From assembly GCA_963726455.1 (NCBI GenBank), contig CAVSCK010000004.1:1792001-1856000 (forward strand): 64,000 nucleotides of DNA. Reading direction: 5' to 3'. Below are positions 38,679-50,010 of this stretch, piece after piece. Position numbers and translations under genes: made by a program. Below the pieces are notes generated by a model that saw only the letters and a program-made list of their open reading frames with translations, had not been told where the DNA came from and searched no databases. Positions within the stretch are counted from its first letter, which is position 1. Every line of letters starts with the position of its first letter. Origin of the DNA: an uncultured bacterium. Its GTDB lineage: Bacteria; Zixibacteria; MSB-5A5; CAIYYT01.

Positions 38679-41600
38679 ATGTGGCTCACGCGACTGGCGC
38701 TCCGCTATCCTATTTCGACGTTTCTCATTGCGGTGACCATTCTCGTAATGGGAGTCGTCTCCTTCACCCAACTGCCCATTGATCTGCTTCCCAATATCAC
38801 GATTCCGGTGGTTTCGACGATCACATTCTATTCCGGCGCCAGCCCGCTCGACATGGAGCAGACGGTTACGGTTCCGACCGAACGCGCGGTTAGTTCCGTC
38901 AATGACGTCAGCTATGTTCAGTCCACGACACGCGAAGGAATCTCGCAGGTCCGGGTAAATTTCAATTGGGATGCCAATCTCGATGTCGGCCTGGTCGACA
39001 TTGTTCAGCGCGTAAACCGTATCCTTAACCAGATGCCCACCGGGGTATCGCAACCGGTAGTAGTGCGTTTCGACCTGACGACGATTCCCGTCTGCAACAT
39101 TGCCATTGCCGGAAACATGGATGAGCGCGATCTCTACGACTTGGCGCTGAATACCATCGAGCCGCAAATTGAGCACCTCAACGGCGTGGCTTCGGCGCAG
39201 GTATCTGGCGGACGTATCAGGGAAATCCACGTGCTGCTGGATCGTGATCGCATCCTGGCCATGCAACTTCCCGTGCAGTCGATCATCAACGCGGTTGCCA
39301 GTTCCAATCTGATCATTCCCTCAGGCGATCTCAAGACCGGACCGTTCGACTACTCACTCAAAACGGAGAGTCGCTTCAACGTGGTCAAACCGCTTGAAGA
39401 CGTTGTCATCAAGACGGTGAACGGAGTCCCGATCAGAATTCGTGATATCGGCAAGGTGGAAGACTCCTATCAGGACCAAACGGAAGTGGTTCGCATTAAC
39501 GGCGAGCCGGGCGTCAATCTCAGCGTGCAGAAGCTGGCAAATGCCAACACCATTCAGGTGGTTGACAACGTCTTGCATTCGCTGCCCAAGCTGGTCGGCG
39601 TCCCTGAGAATGTCAAAATGTCGCTGTCTTTCGACCAGTCGGTTTACATCAAACAAACTATCACCGGCCTTCAGCACGAGGCGTTGATCGGCGCTTTGCT
39701 GGCGATGCTCATTATTATGGCGTTTCTGCGGAATATCCGGGGCACCCTGATCATCATCGTAGCCATCCCGCTGTCGATCCTCATAGCGTTCATCTGGTTT
39801 AGATTCGGCAACGTTACGCTCAACATCATGACCTTTGGAGGTCTTGCGCTTGCCGTCGGTCGACTTGTGGATGACTCGATTGTCGAGCTGGAGGCGATTT
39901 CCCGGCATTACAACGAACGCCAGGAAGGGCTCAGCAAACTCCAGGCGACACTTGACGCCGCGCGGGAAGTTGCCTCGCCGATCTTCGTTTCCACGCTCAG
40001 TACGGTTATCGTGTTCCTGCCGATCATTTTCACAACCGGCCTCGCGAAACTCTTGTTCGTGCCTCTCGCCACCACGATTTCAGTAGCGCTCTTCGGTTCA
40101 TTCTTCATCTCGCGAACCGTGACGCCGTTGATGTGCCTGAATTTCCTCCCGCCGGAAAAGCATTTGAATCGTGAGTCCGTAAGGCCTTCCGATCGAATTC
40201 GCGTGGTGGCCCACGACGCCATCGAGTCACTCGATCACTGGTATGGCGTCCGCTTGCGCTGGGCGTTGAGCCATCGCAAACTCATCATCATTACAATTGT
40301 GGGAGCGAGTGTCTTGTCATTGGGCTTGTTCAAGTTCATTGGCACCGAATTCTTCCCCGATCAGGATGAAGGCCAGTTTGCCGTATCCGCAAAGCTCCCG
40401 GTCGGGACACGCACCGAGGTTACGGAGGCCCTGGTCGCTAAAATTGAAAACGTCCTGCGAGCCAATGTGCCCGAGATGCAAACCATGATCTCCGACATCG
40501 GCGTGCCTTCCGCGCGCAGTGGAACGCTGTTCAGCCGCAACACCGGCACGCACGCTGCCAATATCCGCGTGGCGCTCGTTCCCGCTAGCGAGCGAAAACG
40601 CTCGGAATTCGACATTGTGAAAGCAGTGCGACCGAAACTCATGACGATTCCGGGCGCCCAAATCTATGTCAGTCCTGGCGGCTTTCTGAGATTCCTGCTG
40701 AATTTCGGATCGTCCGCTCCGATCGATGTCGAGGTTCATGGATTTGACCTCGCGACCGGATCGGCGCTCTCCAAGAAAGTCGCCGCAATCGTTCGATCGG
40801 TTCCCGGAACTACTGATGTTCAGGTGAGCCGGGAAGATGATCTTCCAGAGCTTCGAATCAGGATCGATCGCGTGCGCGCTGGCGTTCTCGGCATCAGCGT
40901 GGGCGATATCGCGAACACGATCAACACGCTCATCGATGGCAGCGTCGCCTCGTTGTATACCGATCCCGACAATGGTAATCAATACAATATTCTCGTGCGC
41001 TTGAGCGAGGACTACCGATCTCATATCGAGGATCTGCAGAGCATAGTTCTCACGACCTCCAGCGGACAGCAGGTGCTGTTGGGAAACGTAGCGACCATTG
41101 AGCGCACGGCCTCGCCGGTAGAAATCGATCGCAAGTATCAGCAGCGACTGGTCGAAGTCACCGGCAACGTGCAGGGCCGCGACCTAGGAAGTGTTTCCAA
41201 AGACATTCAGAATCAATTGGATACTCTGTCGATCCCGCCCGGTTTTGAAGTCGTGCAGACCGGCAACGTCGAACAGCAACAGGAAACCTTTAAGGTTCTA
41301 CTGCTCGCTCTCCTTCTGGCAGTGCTCTTGGTGTATGTGGTGATGGCATCACAATTCCAGTCGCTCGTAGACCCGTTCATTATAATGTTTACCGTGCCGC
41401 TCGGCGTCGTGGGCGTGCTGTGGACACTATTCTTAACCAACACCACATTGTCGGTGACGTCTTTTCAGGGAGTCATCATCATGATCGGCATTGTAGTCAG
41501 TAACGGCGTGCTTCTGGTAGACTACACCAATCGACTGCGCCGCAGCGGCGTGCCGCTTCATGACGCGGTCCTGAGAGGCGGAATTACCCGACTGAAGCCC

Positions 41601-41810
41601 ATTATAATGACTACTCTGGCAACCGTCCTTGGCCTGATCCCAATGGCAATTGGACTGGGCGGCGAATCGACCCAGGCGCCGCTCGCCATCGCCGTAATCG
41701 GCGGCCTGACCATTTCCTCGGCACTGACCCTATTCTTCATTCCAGTGCTCTATACCATCTTCGAAGAGAAGTTCCGCCGCGAACTGAAAGCGCCGATCGA
41801 GCCCAACTGA
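38679..41810 (+). CDS. RND efflux transporter permease (AcrB/AcrD/AcrF family)
   Basis: LPIDLLPNI, GRLVDDSIVELE, GIVVSNGVLLVD, RLKPIIMTT; 1043 aa. Confidence 0.95.
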   Translation: MWLTRLALRYPISTFLIAVTILVMGVVSFTQLPIDLLPNITIPVVSTITFYSGASPLDMEQTVTVPTERAVSSVNDVSYVQSTTREGISQVRVNFNWDANLDVGLVDIVQRVNRILNQMPTGVSQPVVVRFDLTTIPVCNIAIAGNMDERDLYDLALNTIEPQIEHLNGVASAQVSGGRIREIHVLLDRDRILAMQLPVQSIINAVASSNLIIPSGDLKTGPFDYSLKTESRFNVVKPLEDVVIKTVNGVPIRIRDIGKVEDSYQDQTEVVRINGEPGVNLSVQKLANANTIQVVDNVLHSLPKLVGVPENVKMSLSFDQSVYIKQTITGLQHEALIGALLAMLIIMAFLRNIRGTLIIIVAIPLSILIAFIWFRFGNVTLNIMTFGGLALAVGRLVDDSIVELEAISRHYNERQEGLSKLQATLDAAREVASPIFVSTLSTVIVFLPIIFTTGLAKLLFVPLATTISVALFGSFFISRTVTPLMCLNFLPPEKHLNRESVRPSDRIRVVAHDAIESLDHWYGVRLRWALSHRKLIIITIVGASVLSLGLFKFIGTEFFPDQDEGQFAVSAKLPVGTRTEVTEALVAKIENVLRANVPEMQTMISDIGVPSARSGTLFSRNTGTHAANIRVALVPASERKRSEFDIVKAVRPKLMTIPGAQIYVSPGGFLRFLLNFGSSAPIDVEVHGFDLATGSALSKKVAAIVRSVPGTTDVQVSREDDLPELRIRIDRVRAGVLGISVGDIANTINTLIDGSVASLYTDPDNGNQYNILVRLSEDYRSHIEDLQSIVLTTSSGQQVLLGNVATIERTASPVEIDRKYQQRLVEVTGNVQGRDLGSVSKDIQNQLDTLSIPPGFEVVQTGNVEQQQETFKVLLLALLLAVLLVYVVMASQFQSLVDPFIIMFTVPLGVVGVLWTLFLTNTTLSVTSFQGVIIMIGIVVSNGVLLVDYTNRLRRSGVPLHDAVLRGGITRLKPIIMTTLATVLGLIPMAIGLGGESTQAPLAIAVIGGLTISSALTLFFIPVLYTIFEEKFRRELKAPIEPN

Positions 41811-42200
41811 GGACCTGCGGTGCTCACACTTCGGTAAAGTGAACAGATTTTGTCCTGTTCCTGACCAGCGAATGTTCAATATTCATCCACTTTTATCCGT
41901 CATTTTTCACGTAGATTCGAGTTAATCTACGTATCATTCTGGTTGTTTTTATTTGTCCAAAAACTCGACGGCAAGTCGATCGGAATTGCGAGAATTAATA
42001 TCCTCTATCGTGCCTGTAAGTCGTTGAAATTCAACTTTGAACTTAATTTTGGAGCTGTTACGTCCGATATGTTTCAGAGAGGAAATCTCCTCAGGCGATT
42101 TTTTTCTTTCGGTCGGTTTTGCACAAGTTGGGTAACATGGGCGTAAGAGATGCGTAGCGTAATCCCTGATTAGACTAGAACTTATTATCTGTAATGAGGA

Positions 42201-43127
42201 ATGATGCCTACAGTCGCAGCCAGAACAACGCCAAGGAACACCGCGGTGCATAAAGGTCGGCAGCAAAGATCAGCCGCTCGGACTATTGTGTACCTGGTCA
42301 CTTTCGCTGTCCTGATGGTGCTGTTCGTGCATGGTTTCTCTTACTACTTGACCCCCTATGCTGAGCGCGCGCGGCAACTTGCGTATCGACAACTTCGACC
42401 GGCCGGCGAGATGGGTCTCATTTACGGGATCATGGGCGCCTCAATGATGGTCATAATGCTGACCTACTCACTGCGCAAACGCATGAAATCCCTGGCCCGT
42501 TATGGTGCGCTGTCCGGCTGGCTGCATTTCCATATCTACCTTGGGATAGTCGGGCCATTATTTATTATTCTGCACACGTCATTCAAGGTTCAGGGGCTGG
42601 TTGCAGTCAGTTTCTGGTCGATGGTCGTGGTAGCGGCCAGCGGCTATTTCGGCAGATACCTCTACCTGCAGATTCCCCGTAACATCCAGGGAAACGTCCT
42701 AAGCTTGCAGGAGCTGGAGGAAAGTAATCGCGTCCTCAATGCCACATTAGTCGAGGAATATCAGCTCAGCCCGGAATTGATCACCAAGCTCGACAGTCTG
42801 GCCGATGTGCAGATTCCACAAACCGCCGGGCTATGGCACGCGCTGGGTTTGACCCTGGCAAGCGACGTACGCTGGTGGTTTACCAAGCGACGATTCAGAA
42901 AAGAATACGCACAATCTTTGGCTCTGCCCAGGAGCAAACAGCGGCAGTTGATGCGCGTGACTAGTGAACGCACCCAGCTTCGCCGCCGCATTGCTCTGTT
43001 GAGCCGAATACAGCAACTGTTCCACTACTGGTATGTGCTACACAAACCATTTGCGATCATCATGTACATTGTGATGTCGATACACATTACGGTCGCAGTC
43101 TGGACGGGGTATGCATGGGTTTTTTGA
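42201..43127 (+). CDS. Ferric-reductase-like His-containing membrane protein (putative heme b)
   Basis: About 5 TM helices; YSLRKR, WLHFHIYLG, ILHTSFK, FHYWYVLHKPF, IHITVA. Confidence 0.7.
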   Translation: MMPTVAARTTPRNTAVHKGRQQRSAARTIVYLVTFAVLMVLFVHGFSYYLTPYAERARQLAYRQLRPAGEMGLIYGIMGASMMVIMLTYSLRKRMKSLARYGALSGWLHFHIYLGIVGPLFIILHTSFKVQGLVAVSFWSMVVVAASGYFGRYLYLQIPRNIQGNVLSLQELEESNRVLNATLVEEYQLSPELITKLDSLADVQIPQTAGLWHALGLTLASDVRWWFTKRRFRKEYAQSLALPRSKQRQLMRVTSERTQLRRRIALLSRIQQLFHYWYVLHKPFAIIMYIVMSIHITVAVWTGYAWVF

Positions 43128-44854
43128 GGAGTTGGGCAGGAACTCACGCACATCTCACGGGATCGAAGCCACCTCTCGTCCTGCTGGTGGCAGTAGTACT
43201 ATTATGTGGAACAAACCGCAGCTTTGCCCAGCTTTCGCCGGGCCCGCTTTTTCGATCTCATGCGTCCCTCGAGGGCGTTGAGAACTGTCAGAAGTGTCAC
43301 GACCCAAATCAGGAGAAAGCACCTGGAAAGTGCCTCTCCTGCCATAAGGAGATTGCTGCAGAAATGGATCGCCATGACGGTCTGCACGGGAAGCAGAATT
43401 ATCGCGAATGCCGGGATTGTCATGTCGAGCATCAGGGTGTTGACGTTGAACTGGTCTACTGGAAAGACGGAATGCATAACTTCGATCACAATTTGACCGG
43501 ATATACACTGGAAGGCAAGCACGCCACCCTTAAGTGCCGTGATTGCCACGTAGCGAAGAATATCGCCGATAAAACAGCCCTGGCAGAGGCGGAGAAGGAT
43601 CTCACTAGGACGTTCCTTGGCCTGGATCCGCGTTGCCTGACTTGCCACGCCGACGAACATCATGGTCAGTTGGCTGCCACCTGCGCTAATTGCCACAATT
43701 ACTCCGCCTGGAAACCGGCCCCCACGTTCGATCACGCCAAGGCGAAATACGTCCTGACCGGCAAACATCTACAGGTAAAGTGTGATAAGTGTCATTTGCC
43801 GATCCCCGACAGCACTCAGGTAAACCAAAAGAATTATGCTCACTATACCGGTTTGAAATTTCAGAAGTGCATTGACTGCCACAAAGACGCCCATGACGGA
43901 CGGCTTGGCACTGATTGCGAAAAGTGCCACAATCCCGACGGCTGGGGAGTCACGCAACTCGCAAAATTCGATCATAGCAAGACGCGCTACCCGCTGCTGG
44001 GTCTGCACGGTCAGTTGACTTGTGACAAGTGCCACAAGCGGGGTGAACCTGTCAAGGGACTCCATTACCAGAAGTGTCTCGACTGCCATACTGATATTCA
44101 TCTGGGCGAATTCGCCGACCGCCCCCAGAAAGGTGCTTGCGAAGAATGCCATTCGGTGAAAGGGTTCAAGTTCACCAGCTTCACGCTGGAGATGCATCAA
44201 CAGACCAAGTACAAGTTGCAGGGCTCGCACCAGGCCGTCAGCTGTGACCTTTGCCATAGCAAGACGACGCCGGTCGCCAAGGCAACAGGCAAGAGGTTCA
44301 CTTTCAATTCGACCCGCTGCTCCGTATGTCATTCAGACGTTCATAAGAACGCCCTTGATAAATTCGTATCAGTGGACGGGTGTGAGCTGTGCCATGACGT
44401 CGCCGGTTGGCGTACCGTCAAGTTTGACCATAGCCGTACGAAATTCGCGCTTGAAGGGAAGCATATTGGCATTGTCTGCCGTGATTGCCACAACGGAAAA
44501 GATAAGAAAGTTCCGGTCGAGCAACTCAAATGGGCCGGCGTTTCACGCAAATGCGAAGACTGCCATAAGGACAACCATCACGATCAATTTTCTCAAGTCG
44601 CTAAGATGGCTGACTCAACTTCATCATATTGCGAGCGCTGCCATACCGTCAAGGCCTGGACCGGGGAAAAATTCAACCACAACAGAGATTCGCAATTCAA
44701 ACTGGAAGGCGCGCACCAGAAAGTTGCCTGCGCCGGTTGCCACAAGAAGGTGCAGGAGGGTGAAGTGACATTCGTGCGCTATAAGCCGCTGTCATCCGCC
44801 TGCAAGAGCTGTCATGCGGAAGGCACTCTCGAGGAAAAGGGGAAAACCTTATGA
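43115..44854 (+). CDS. Exported 20-heme cytochrome c
   Basis: Signal peptide ending SFA-QLSPG; 20 CxxCH counted; FDH..T.(Y/F).L.G.H repeats. Confidence 0.9.
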   Translation: MGFLRSWAGTHAHLTGSKPPLVLLVAVVLLCGTNRSFAQLSPGPLFRSHASLEGVENCQKCHDPNQEKAPGKCLSCHKEIAAEMDRHDGLHGKQNYRECRDCHVEHQGVDVELVYWKDGMHNFDHNLTGYTLEGKHATLKCRDCHVAKNIADKTALAEAEKDLTRTFLGLDPRCLTCHADEHHGQLAATCANCHNYSAWKPAPTFDHAKAKYVLTGKHLQVKCDKCHLPIPDSTQVNQKNYAHYTGLKFQKCIDCHKDAHDGRLGTDCEKCHNPDGWGVTQLAKFDHSKTRYPLLGLHGQLTCDKCHKRGEPVKGLHYQKCLDCHTDIHLGEFADRPQKGACEECHSVKGFKFTSFTLEMHQQTKYKLQGSHQAVSCDLCHSKTTPVAKATGKRFTFNSTRCSVCHSDVHKNALDKFVSVDGCELCHDVAGWRTVKFDHSRTKFALEGKHIGIVCRDCHNGKDKKVPVEQLKWAGVSRKCEDCHKDNHHDQFSQVAKMADSTSSYCERCHTVKAWTGEKFNHNRDSQFKLEGAHQKVACAGCHKKVQEGEVTFVRYKPLSSACKSCHAEGTLEEKGKTL

Positions 44855-47800
44855 AGCGATTTACACTCGGTTTGATAGCGGTACTGATTCTGGTAGCGGG
44901 CGTAACTGTGGTAAGCCAGCAGCCGCCCAAGAACCCACACGGCCAGTTGAAATGGGATTGCCAGGTGTGCCATACGCCGCAATCGTGGTCCACGATGCGC
45001 GAGCCGATGACTTTCGATCATAACGAGACCGGATTCGCTCTTATCGGCAGGCACCGCACTGCGGCATGCAGCGGCTGCCACAAGGATTTACACTTTGCCA
45101 AAGTCGAACAGACCTGCGTGAAGTGTCATAACGATGTTCATCGCGGCCAGATGGGCGCCTCCTGCCAGGATTGCCATACTTCAGAAAACTGGCAGAACCG
45201 TCAGGACGTGTTCAATCTTCACTCTCAGAATGGATTCCTGCTGTCCGGAGTGCATGCCATCACCGATTGTGAGGCCTGCCACAAAAACGAACCGGGCAAA
45301 GAATTCTCTGCTGTCTCGACCGAGTGCGAAGCGTGCCATGCCTCAACTTATGCCGCTACCCAGAACCCCAATCACGCCCAGGCAGGGTTCCCATTGCATT
45401 GCGCCTCCTGCCACGAGGCGGAACTCATGGCCTGGCGAACTGTCAAGTTCGATCATTCCGCGACGTTCCCATTAATCGGCGGCCACAGCCGTGCGGTTTG
45501 CTCTGACTGCCACAAGGGTCAGCTTACGGCGGCACCAGTAAGGATTGCTTCAGTTGCCATGAAGCCAGTTTCGCCAGCGCCAACGATCCAAATCACGTGA
45601 AAGGCAGTTACGACCATGATTGCAAGGGCTGCCACACAATCCAGGCCTGGAAACCGGCAACCGTTGATCACAATGCCACTCGTTTTCCACTGACAGGCGC
45701 ACACGCGACTGTTTCCTGTGATAAGTGCCACACGAACGGATTTACCGGCACAACAACCGCCTGCTACGACTGTCATCAGGACAAGTTTACTTCGGTGGCA
45801 GACCCTAATCATGTCACGAACAATTTTAATCACGAATGCACTAAGTGCCACACGACAGCGGCATGGAAGCCCGCGACCTTCGACCACGCCGGAACTACTT
45901 TTCCGTTAACCGGTGCTCATGCGGCCGCGTCCTGCATCGCCTGTCACAGCTGCCGGCTATGTGAACACGCCGACCGCGTGCTATAGCTGCCACCAGGACA
46001 AGTTTACCTCAGTGACCGATCCGAACCACGTCACCGGGAATTTCGATCATAACTGCACGATTTGCCATTCAACCACTGCCTGGTCACCGGCAACTTTCGA
46101 TCACAGCAAGACCACCTTCCCGTTGACGGGAGCGCATCAGACGACCACTTGCGCCGCTTGTCACACTTCGGGTTACACTACAACGTCGACCGCTTGTTAC
46201 AGTTGCCATCAGGACAAATTCGTGGGCGCCAAGGATCCGGATCACGTGGCCGGCAATTTTGATCATGTATGTTCAAAATGCCATTCGACAACGGCATGGT
46301 CACCCGCGACTTTCGACCACAATCAAACGCAATTCCCACTGACCGGAAAACATGTGGGTGTCGCTTGTCAGTCCTGCCACACAACCGGCTACGTCAACAC
46401 TCCGACCGACTGCTATAGTTGCCACCAGCAGCAATATGTCAACGTGACTGATCCTAATCATGTCGCCAACAACTACAGCCACGACTGCACTAAATGCCAT
46501 TCTACGTCCGGCTGGGGCAACGATTCATTTGATCATAACGTTACGGCCTTCCCCTTAACAGGCGCTCACACTACGGTGACATGTGCCACTTGCCACACCA
46601 GCGGCTACTCAAATACACCGTCGGATTGCTATAGCTGCCACCAGACCAAATTCACCTCCGTGGCCGATCCAAACCATGTCACTAACAATTACAGCCACAC
46701 CTGCTCGACTTGTCACACGACGACTGACTGGGTCACCGTGACATTCGACCATAGTATCACTCCTTTTGCGTTGACCGGCGCACACGTGCCTTTGACCTGC
46801 TCCGCCTGTCACACCTCCGGCTTTGCCAATACGCCGAGCACCTGCTACGGATGTCATCAGAGTACGTTCACCGGAGTTACCGACCCGAACCACGTGTCCG
46901 GCAATTACAGCCATACCTGCACCCAGTGCCATACGACATCGGCCTGGAAACCGGCGACCTTCGATCATTCGGGTACACCTTTCCCGCTGACCGGGGCGCA
47001 TACAACAGCTTCCTGTACCGGATGTCATGCGAACGGTTTCGCCGGAACTCCAACCGCCTGTTATAGCTGTCACCAGGATAAATTCACATCAGTAGTCGAT
47101 CCCAACCACGTGACCGGAAACTTCGATCACACTTGCACGAAGTGCCATTCTACCTCGGTCTGGAAGCCGGCGACGTTCGATCATTCGCAGTCAGTCTTTC
47201 CTCTGACCGGAAAACATACGACCGTCACCTGCACGGCTTGCCACACGAACGGCTTTACATCGACTCCGACTGACTGCTATAGCTGTCACCAAACCGTGTA
47301 TACGTCGGCGACAAACCCGAATCACGTGCAAAACAACTTCGGCCAGGACTGCACAATTTGCCACAATACTACTGCCTGGCAGCCGTCAACTTTCAATCAC
47401 AGTTCCACGGCTTTCCCGTTGACCGGCGCACACGCCAATGTGACGTCTTGCGTAACCTGCCATGCTTCCGGTTACGTAAGTACTTCGACGGCCTGTTACT
47501 CGTGCCATGCGACCGACTTCACGGGAGCCACCGATCCAAACCACGTGACCAACAATTACGATCACAATTGCTCCAAGTGCCACAGCACCATATCGTGGGC
47601 CTCAGCGACGTTCGATCACAGTACCACCGGTTTTGCCCTGGTGGGTAAGCACATTGGGTTAACGTGTGTCTCCTGTCATTCGGCGGGCTATGTCGGCACT
47701 TCGCCGTTGTGCTATTCTTGTCACGAAACCGCGTTCACGGGCGCCACCAGTCCCAACCACGTGCAGAATCTCTTTGACCATGATTGCACTAAGTGCCATA

Positions 47801-49986
47801 ACGCCAACGGCTGGACTCCGTCGACCTTCAATCACGCGTCGACAACGTTCCCGCTGACCGGAGCACATACAAGTCTGACTTGTATCTCCTGCCACGCATC
47901 CGGATATGTGAACACTCCGAAGGATTGCTACTCCTGCCATCAAACGACATACACAGGGGTGACGGATCCCAATCATGTAGCGCTCAATTACAGTCATGAT
48001 TGCACGCAGTGTCACAGCACGACATCCTGGTCAGGGGCCACGTTCGATCACAGTACCACCGGCTTTGCCCTGACCGGCAAACATATCGGAGTCACGTGTC
48101 TCACCTGTCACACATCTGGCTACGCCGGAACCTCTCCGGCCTGCTACTCCTGCCACCAGACGGCGTTTACCGGTGCGGCAACTCCGAGCCACACTACGAA
48201 CAACTTCGATCACGACTGCACGATCTGCCATAACACGAGCGGCTGGACACCGTCCACCTTTAACCATGCGACGTCGCCGTTCCCGCTAACCGGTGCACAT
48301 ACAAGTTTGACTTGTATCTCCTGCCACACTACGGGGTATGTTAATACACCTACTGACTGCTATGCGTGTCACCAGACTAATTTCACCGGCACGACGAATC
48401 CTCCGCATGTCAGCAACAACTTCAGCCATACGTGCACGACTTGCCACACCACAACGGCCTGGTCACCGGCTACTTTCAATCATGCGACGACGACCTTCCC
48501 GCTAACCGGAGCGCACACAACGGCGACTTGCATTTCCTGCCACTCCGCCGGATATGTGAACACACCGACTGATTGCTATGCCTGCCACCAGACTAATTTC
48601 ACCGGCACGACGAATCCGCCGCATGTCAGCAATAATTTCAGCCATACTTGCACGACGTGCCATACGACGACGGCCTGGTCGCCGGCTACTTTCAATCATG
48701 CGACGACTTCCTTCCCGCTGACCGGTGCACACACAACGGCGACTTGTATCTCTTGCCACTCCGCCGGATATGTGAATACACCGACCGATTGTTACACCTG
48801 TCATCTAGCCAATTTCACCGGCACGACGAATCCGCCGCATGTCAGCAACAACTTCAGCCATACTTGCACGACCTGCCATAGTACAACCGCCTGGTCTCCG
48901 TCAACCTTCAATCACGCGACGACGGCGTTCCCATTGACGGGCGCACACGTCAGTCTGACCTGCATTTCCTGCCATGCATCCGGATACACTAGTACACCAA
49001 CTGATTGTTACGCTTGCCACCAGACTGACTTCACAGGTGCAACGAGTCCGGCGCATGTCAGCAACAATTTCAGCCATACCTGTACGACCTGCCATAGTAC
49101 AACCGCCTGGTCACCGTCAACCTTCAATCACGCGACGACGGCGTTCCCATTGACAGGCGCACATGTAAGTCTGACTTGTATTTCCTGCCATGCATCCGGA
49201 TACACAAGTACGCCGACTGATTGTTACTCTTGTCATCAGGCGGCCTTCACCGGAGTCACCGACCCAAATCACGTGACCAACAACTTCAGTCACACCTGTA
49301 CAACCTGTCACAGTACGACTGCCTGGTCTCCGGCCACGTTCAACCACAGCACCACAGTGTTCCCGCTTACCGGCGCGCATGTGAGTGCGACCTGTATTTC
49401 GTGTCATGCGTCGGGCTACGCCAATACACCGACGGCCTGCAATTCCTGCCACCACAGCGCTTTTACCGGCGCTACAAATCCAAACCATACGTCGGCCGGC
49501 TTCGCAACGACCTGTAACACGTGCCACACGACAACGGCGTGGGTGCCTTCAACCTGGAGCCATACTACTACCGGTTTTGCACTCACGGGCGGCCATGGCG
49601 GCTTGCAGTGCATTTCCTGCCATGCCAACGGCTACACGACGACCTTGCCTGCTTGTTACAGTTGCCATCAGGCCGACTACAACGGTACTACCAATCCTAA
49701 CCATGTGGCAGCTCAGTTTCCGACAACGTGCCAGAATTGTCATAGCACGACCAATTGGACATCGACGACCTGGAATCATGATTCACAGTACTTCCCGATA
49801 TATTCCGGCCATCACCAGGGACGCTGGGACGTTTGCTCAGACTGTCACACCAATGCGAGTAATTTCGCCGTATTCTCTTGCATAACGGGCTGCCATTCGC
49901 AGTCGAGCACGAACTCAGATCACAGCAGTGTAAACAACTACCAGTACAACAGCAATTCCTGCTATAGCTGTCACCCGCGTGGCTGA
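44851..49986 (+). CDS. Giant multiheme cytochrome c (~1710 aa; 69 CxxCH plus 1 CxxxCH), split by two frameshifts (~45520, ~45950)
   Basis: ORFs 44851-45600, 45597-45986 and 45913-49986 join into one uninterrupted 72-aa triheme repeat register; only the first piece has a signal peptide. Confidence 0.88.
48290..49400 (+). repeat. Near-identical 216-bp intragenic tandem repeats (about 5 copies)
   Basis: TGCTATGC.TG.CACCAGACTAATTTCACCGGCACGACGAATCC at 48358 and 48574, with related copies at further 216-bp steps. Confidence 0.85.
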
Positions 49987-50010
49987 GCACATTAAGGAGC
50001 TTTGACATAC

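Noticed and set aside
45900-49800. CRISPR-like or non-coding repeat array
   Set aside because: The period is 216 bp, in frame and protein-coding, with no spacers or cas genes
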